Shown: in pieces, positions 58,421-64,000 of the stretch | Layout: the number at the start of each line of letters is the position of its first letter | Position numbering within the stretch: position 1 is the stretch's first letter | Assembly: GCF_009914755.1 (NCBI RefSeq) | Contig: NC_060934.1 | Origin: the human T2T-CHM13v2.0 reference genome, Homo sapiens | Strand: one strand, 5' to 3' | DNA: 64,000 nucleotides | Notes under the pieces: generated by a model | The model's database searches: none | What the model was told of the DNA's origin: nothing | What the model saw: only the letters and a program-made list of their open reading frames with translations | Position numbers and translations under genes: made by a program

Positions 58421-60860
58421 ATTCCATTCCATTCCATTCCATTCCATTCCATTCCATTCCATTCCATTCATTTCAATTCCTTTCCATTCCATTCCACTCT
58501 GGATGATTCCATTCCACTCCATTCCATTCCATGCCTTTCCATTGCCTTGCATTCCACTCGCGTTGCTTCCTTTCCATTCCATTCCATTAGTTTCCATTCC
58601 ATTCCATTCCATTCATTCCATTCCATTCCATTCCATTACACTGAGGTTGATTCTGTTCAATTCCATTCCAATCCATTCAATTCCATTCCATTCTAGTTGA
58701 TTCCATTGCATTCCATGCCATTCCATTCCATTCCATTCTATTCCATTGCATTCCATTAGGGTTGATTTCATTCCATTCCATTTCATTCCATTCCATTTCA
58801 TTCTACTCGGGTTAATTCCATTCCATTCCATTCCATTCCATTTCATTCCATTCCATTCCATTTCATTCCATTCCCTTCCATTCCATTTCATTCCTTTCCA
58901 GTTGATTCCATTCCCTTCCATTGCATTCCATTCCATTCCAATCGGGTTGATTTCCTTCCATTCCATTCCATTCCATTCCATTCCATTCTACTCTATTCCA
59001 TTCCATTCCATTCCATTCCATTCCATTCCATTCCATTCCATTCCTGTCCATTCCATTCCATTTCATTCCATTCCTTTCCATTCCATTCTTTTCCACTCGG
59101 GTTGATTCCATTCCATTCTCTTCCATTCCATTCCATTCCATTCCATTCCATTCCATTCCATTCCACTCGTGTTCATTTCATTCCATTCCGTTCCATTTCA
59201 TTCCATTCCATTCCATTCCATTCCATTCCATTCCATTGCACTCGGGTTGATTCCTTTCCATTCCGTTCCATTCCACTGGTGTTTATTCCATTCCATTCCA
59301 TTCCATTCCATTGCATTCGATTCCATTGCATTCCATTCCACTCGTGTTGACTCCATTCCATACCATTGTATTCCATTGCATTCCATTCCTTTCCATTCCA
59401 TTCCATTCCTTTCCTTTCCATTCCTTTCCACTCGGGTTGATTCCATTCCATTCTCTTCTATTCCATTCCATTCCTTGCCATTCCATTCCATTCTACTGGT
59501 GTTTATTCCATTCCACTCCAATCCATTCCATTCCATTCCATTCCATTTCTTTCCATTCCATTCCACTCCATTCCATTCCACTCGGGTTGACTCCATTCCA
59601 TACCATTGCATTCTATTGCATTCCATTCCATTCCACTGGTGTTTATTCCATTCCACTCCATTCCATTGCATTCCATTCCATTTCATTTCATTCCATTCAA
59701 TTCCATTCCATTCCACTCGGGTTGACTCCATTCCATACCATTGCATTCCATTGCATTCCATTCTTTCCATTCCCTTCCATTGCTTTCCATTTCATTCCTT
59801 TCCACTCGGGTTGATTCCATTCCTTTCTATTCCATTCCATTCCATTCCATTCCATTCCATTCCATTCCATTCCATTCCATTGCACTCGGGTTGATTCCAT
59901 TCCATTCCATTCCATTCCATTCCATTCCATTCCATTCCATTCCACTCGGGTTGATTCCATTCCATTCCATTCCAGTCCATTCCACTCGGGTTGATTCCAT
60001 TCCATTCGTTTCCATTCCATTCCATTCCATTCCATTCCACTCGGTTTGATTCCAGTCCATTCCAATCCATTCCATGCCGTTACAGTCCATTCCATTCCAT
60101 TGCACTCGTGTTGATTCCATTCCATTCCATTCCATTCCATTCCATTCCATTCCACCCGGATTGATTCCATTCCATTCCATTATAATCCATTCCATTCCAT
60201 TCCATTCCACTGGGGTTGATTCCATGCCATTCCATTCCATTCCATTCTATTCCATTCCATTCCATTCCATTTGATTCCTTTCCAGTTGATTCCATTCCAT
60301 TCCATTGCTTTCCATTCAATTCCAGTCGGGTTGATTTCATTCCATTCCATTCCATTCTAGTCCATTCCACTCCATTCCATTCCATTCCATTACATTCCTG
60401 TTCATTCCATTCCATTCCATTCCATTCTAGTGGATTTCATTGCATTCCATGCCATTCCATTCCATTCGACTCTATTCCAATCCATTCCATTCCGGTTGAT
60501 TTCTTTCCATTCCATTTCATTCCATTCCATTGCATTCCACTCGGGTTAATTCCATTCCATTCCATTCCATTCCATTTCATTCCTTTCCATTCCATTCCAT
60601 TCTATTCCTGTGCATTCCATTGCATTCCATTCCATTCCATTCCATTCACTCTATTCCATTCCATTCCATTCTACTCAGGTTGATTCCGTTCGATTCCATT
60701 CCAATCCATTCCCTGCCATTCCATTCTAGTTGATTCCATTGCATTCCATGCCGTTCCATTCCATTCCACTCCATTCCAATCCATTCCACTCGGGTTGATT
60801 CCATTCCGTTCCATTCCATTTCATTGCATTCCACTCGGGTTGATTCCATTCCATTCGACT

Positions 60861-63800
60861 CCATTCCATTCCACTACACTCCCCTCATATCCATTATTTT
60901 CCATTCCGTTCCTTTCCATTCCATTGCATTCCACTCCATTCCATTCCATTCATTCCACTCCACTCAATTCCATTCCATTCTATTCCTCTCCCTTCCTTTC
61001 CACTCCACTCCATTCCAATCCATTCCACTCCATTCCATTCCATTCCATTCTTTTGCAGCCCATTCCATTCCTCTCCATTCCATTCCATTCCTTTCCGGTC
61101 CATTCCCTTCCACTCCTATATACTCCAATCGACTGAATTCCATTCTATTCCATTCCATTCCATTTTATTGCAATCCATTCCATTCCATTCAACTTGACCC
61201 GACTTCAGTTTCATTCAACTTGATGAAACTCCACTTCAATCCATTCCAATCAATTCCATTCTATATAATCCCATTCCATTCTATTCCACTCCTTTCTATT
61301 CCATTCCACCCCATTCCATTCCAATCCACTTTAATCAACTATATTCCACTCCGTTCCATTCCACTCCACTCACCTCCTCTCCATTCCATTCCATTTTATT
61401 CCATTCCTCTCCACTACTCTCCATTCCACTCAAATCCATTCTATTCCATTGAATTTCTTTCCACTGCATTCCATTCCACTCCATTGCATTGCATTCCATT
61501 CCATTCCACTCCATTACACACCACTCCGTTCCACTCCATTCCATTCTGTTACATTCTATTCCTCTACATTCTATTCCATTCCATTCCATTCCAATCCATT
61601 CCATTCCCTTTCATTACATTCATTTCCACTGCATTCTTCTAGACTCCATTCCATTAAATTCCATTCCACTCCTTTCCATTCAATTCCATATCCTTTAATT
61701 CCATTCCACTCAATTCCATACCACTCCACTCCACTCCATTCCATTACAATGCATTCAATTCCACTCCATTACATTCCATTCCATTCCAGTACATTCCATT
61801 CCATTCCATTCCATTCTATTGCATTCGACATCCATCAATTCAATTACACTCCCGTCAACTCCATTACTTTCCATTCCATTTGATTCCTTACCGTTCCATT
61901 ACATTCACTCCATTCCATTCCATCCCATTCCATTCCATTCACTCCATTCAATTCCATTCCCTTCCTTTCTATTCCATTTCATTCCACTCTGATCCATTCA
62001 ATTCCACTACATTCCACTCCATTCCATTCCATTCCTTTGCATTCCATTATATTCCACTCAATTCCATTCCATTCCATTCCATTCCATGCCATTCCACTCC
62101 ATTCCAATGCATTCCATTCATTTCCTTTCCATTCAATTCCATTCTATTCCATTCAATTGAATTCCATTCCATTCCACTCCACTCCATTCCACTCCATTCC
62201 ATTTCATTCCATTCCTTTCCATTCCTTTTCAATCCATTCCATTCCATTCCCCTCCATTCCGTTCCATTCCATTCCACTGCTTTCCATTCCTTTCCATTCC
62301 ATTCAATTCCATTCCATCCTATTGAATTCCATTCCATTCCACTATACTAAATTTCATTGCATTCCACTCGATGCCAGTTCACTCCAGTCCATTCCATTCC
62401 TTTCCATTCCAATCTATTCCAGTCCACCCAATTTCATTCTATTCCATTCCATTCCATTCCACTCCAGTCCATTCTACTCCACTCCATTCCATTCCATTCG
62501 ACTCCATTCCATTCCATTCAATTCCACTCTTCTCCATTCCATTGAATTCCTTTCCATTCCACTCCAGTCCATTCCATTTCATTCCACCCGACCCCACCCC
62601 ATCCCACTCCACTCCATTCCATTCCATTCCATTTCATTCCATTTCCTTTCATTACAATACATTCCACTGCTTTCCCTTCCATTACACTACATTCCATTCT
62701 AATCCAGTCCTTTCCACTTCATTCCACTCCATTCCATTCCTGTCCACTGCCCCACTCTCCATTCTATTCGGTTCCAATCCATTCTGTTCCCTTCCATTCC
62801 GTTCGATTCCATTCCATTCCATTCCACTCCACTCCTCTCCACTCCACTCCACTACATTCCAGTTCACTCCATTCCATTCAACTCCCTTCCTTTCCATTCC
62901 ATTCCACTCCTCTCCATTCCACTCTATGCCATTGCACTCCACACCACTCCATTCCATTCCACTCCATTCCATTCCAATCCACTCCACTCCGTTCCACTTC
63001 ATTACACTCCATTCCATTCCACTTCATTCCACTCGTCTCCGTTCCACTCCATTCCATTCCATTCCATTCCATTCCATTCCATTCCATACACTCCACTCCA
63101 TTCCATTCCATTCCATTCCACTCAAATCCACTTCTTTCCACCTCATTCCATTCCATTCCATTCAATTTCCATCCAGTGGAACCCACTCTTCTTCACTCCA
63201 CTCCAATCCGTTCCATTGCTTTCCATTTCATTGCATTCCATTCCAATCCACTCATCTCTCTTCCACTCCATTCAATTCTTCCCCATTCCATTCCTCTCCA
63301 CTGCATACCACTCCATTCCAATCCCATCCATTCCATTCCATTCCACTCTAATGCATTCCATTCCATTCCACTCCACGCAATTCCCCTGCATTCCATTCCC
63401 CTCCACTGCATGCCCTTCCCTTGCATTGCATTCTATTTTATTCAATTTCATTCCACTCGACCCCACTCCACTCCACTCCACTGCAATCAATTCCATTGAT
63501 TCCATTCCATTCCTTTCCATTCCAGTCGTTTGCTGTCCACTCCACTCAATTCCATTACACTCTACCCAACGCAATTCCATTCCATTACAATCCATTCCAT
63601 TCCTTTCCAATGCATTTCATTTCATTATACTCCATTCCATTCCAATCCACTCCCCTCCTCTCCATTCCATTCCATTCCATTCCATTCCATTCAACTCTAC
63701 TCCAGTATATTCCTTTCCACTACACTCCACTTCACTCCATTCCAATCCATTCCATTCCATCATATTCCATTCAATTTCACTGCATTCCTTTCGATTCCAT

Positions 63801-64000
63801 TCCATGCCATTCCTCTCCAGTCCACTCCATTGCATTCAACTCCACTTCATTCCATTCCATGACACTACACTCCGTTGCACTCCATACCAATCCATTCCAC
63901 TCCATTCCATTCCATTACATTCCATTCCATCACACTCCTTTCCATTACATTACTCTCTACTCCATTGCACTCCACTCCATTCCAATCCACAGAACTCCAT
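60861..64000 (+). repeat. Highly diverged (CATTC)n satellite layer, CACTC-rich and lacking the decamer; possibly an older or HSat3A-type subfamily
   Basis: The last CCACTCGGGTTGATT is at 60,831-60,845. Beyond it perfect pentamer runs are short, CACTC/CCCTC/CAATC variants and phase slips are frequent, and I see no GGGTTG. The strand orientation is unchanged. Confidence 0.9.

Larger units (their letters stand above)
1..60860 (+). repeat. Satellite III (HSat3) array: (CATTC)n interspersed with the ACTCGGGTTG decamer and its variants; probably an HSat3B-type subfamily
   Basis: Continuous CATTC pentamers, with CCACTCGGGTTGATT or a variant (CTCGAG, CTCAGG, CTCTGG, CTCCGG, CTGGGG, ATCGGG) every ~50-200 bp. 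Pentamer plus A(C/T)TCGGGTTG is the established Sat III signature. The CATTCGATTC-rich pattern of HSat2 is only sporadic. The subfamily label is inference. Confidence 0.97.

Noticed and set aside
1-60860. CRISPR-like appearance (recurring CCACTCGGGTTGATTCC separated by variable stretches)
   Set aside because: The intervening stretches are themselves CATTC repeats of irregular length, not unique spacers. There is no cas gene or leader, and the motif is the known Sat III decamer.
1-64000. Hundreds of ORFs up to ~370 aa (FHSIP repeats on +, MEWNG repeats on -)
   Set aside because: (CATTC)n has no stop codon in any frame, and the - strand has an ATG every 5 bp. The ORFs overlap in all six frames, change frame with pentamer indels between copies, and show no domain-like content.
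60861-64000. Unique sequence, transposon or gene beginning after the array boundary
   Set aside because: The sequence remains recognisably CATTC-derived to the window end, with no Alu, L1 or LTR hallmarks, poly-A tail or target-site duplication.
1-64000. HSat2, alpha satellite/CENP-B boxes, or telomeric repeats
   Set aside because: CATTCGATTC is only sporadic, and there is no 171-bp monomer and no TTAGGG array.

Overview
The whole 64 kb is classical satellite III DNA (HSat3-type, human or great-ape pericentromeric or acrocentric heterochromatin). It is (CATTC)n on the + strand and (GGAAT)n on the - strand, in one orientation throughout. I see no protein-coding gene, RNA gene, transposon or CRISPR array. 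All ORFs in the track are FHSIP/MEWNG translations of the stop-free pentamer. The informative content is repeat architecture. (1) Positions 1 to ~60,860 are homogeneous satellite punctuated by the Sat III decamer ACTCGGGTTG. (2) This part holds a very recent ~30.6-kb higher-order duplication (1-~22,075 matches 30,609-~52,575). The copies differ almost only by whole-pentamer indels. (3) The 30.6-kb unit is built from older nested duplications (~4.4 kb, ~3.6-4.0 kb, a ~10-kb offset, and 45-105-bp micro-units). (4) Positions ~52.6-60.8 kb are a mosaic edge that keeps longer, apparently ancestral module versions. (5) At ~60,860 there is an abrupt switch to a much more diverged, decamer-free, CACTC-rich layer. 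Small oddities are a symmetric (CATTA)6(CGTTA)7(CATTA)6 CpG micro-island and a fold-back element at ~61.2 kb. I cannot support a novel gene-encoded system. Alignments were done by eye and from ORF-track offsets, so boundaries are approximate.
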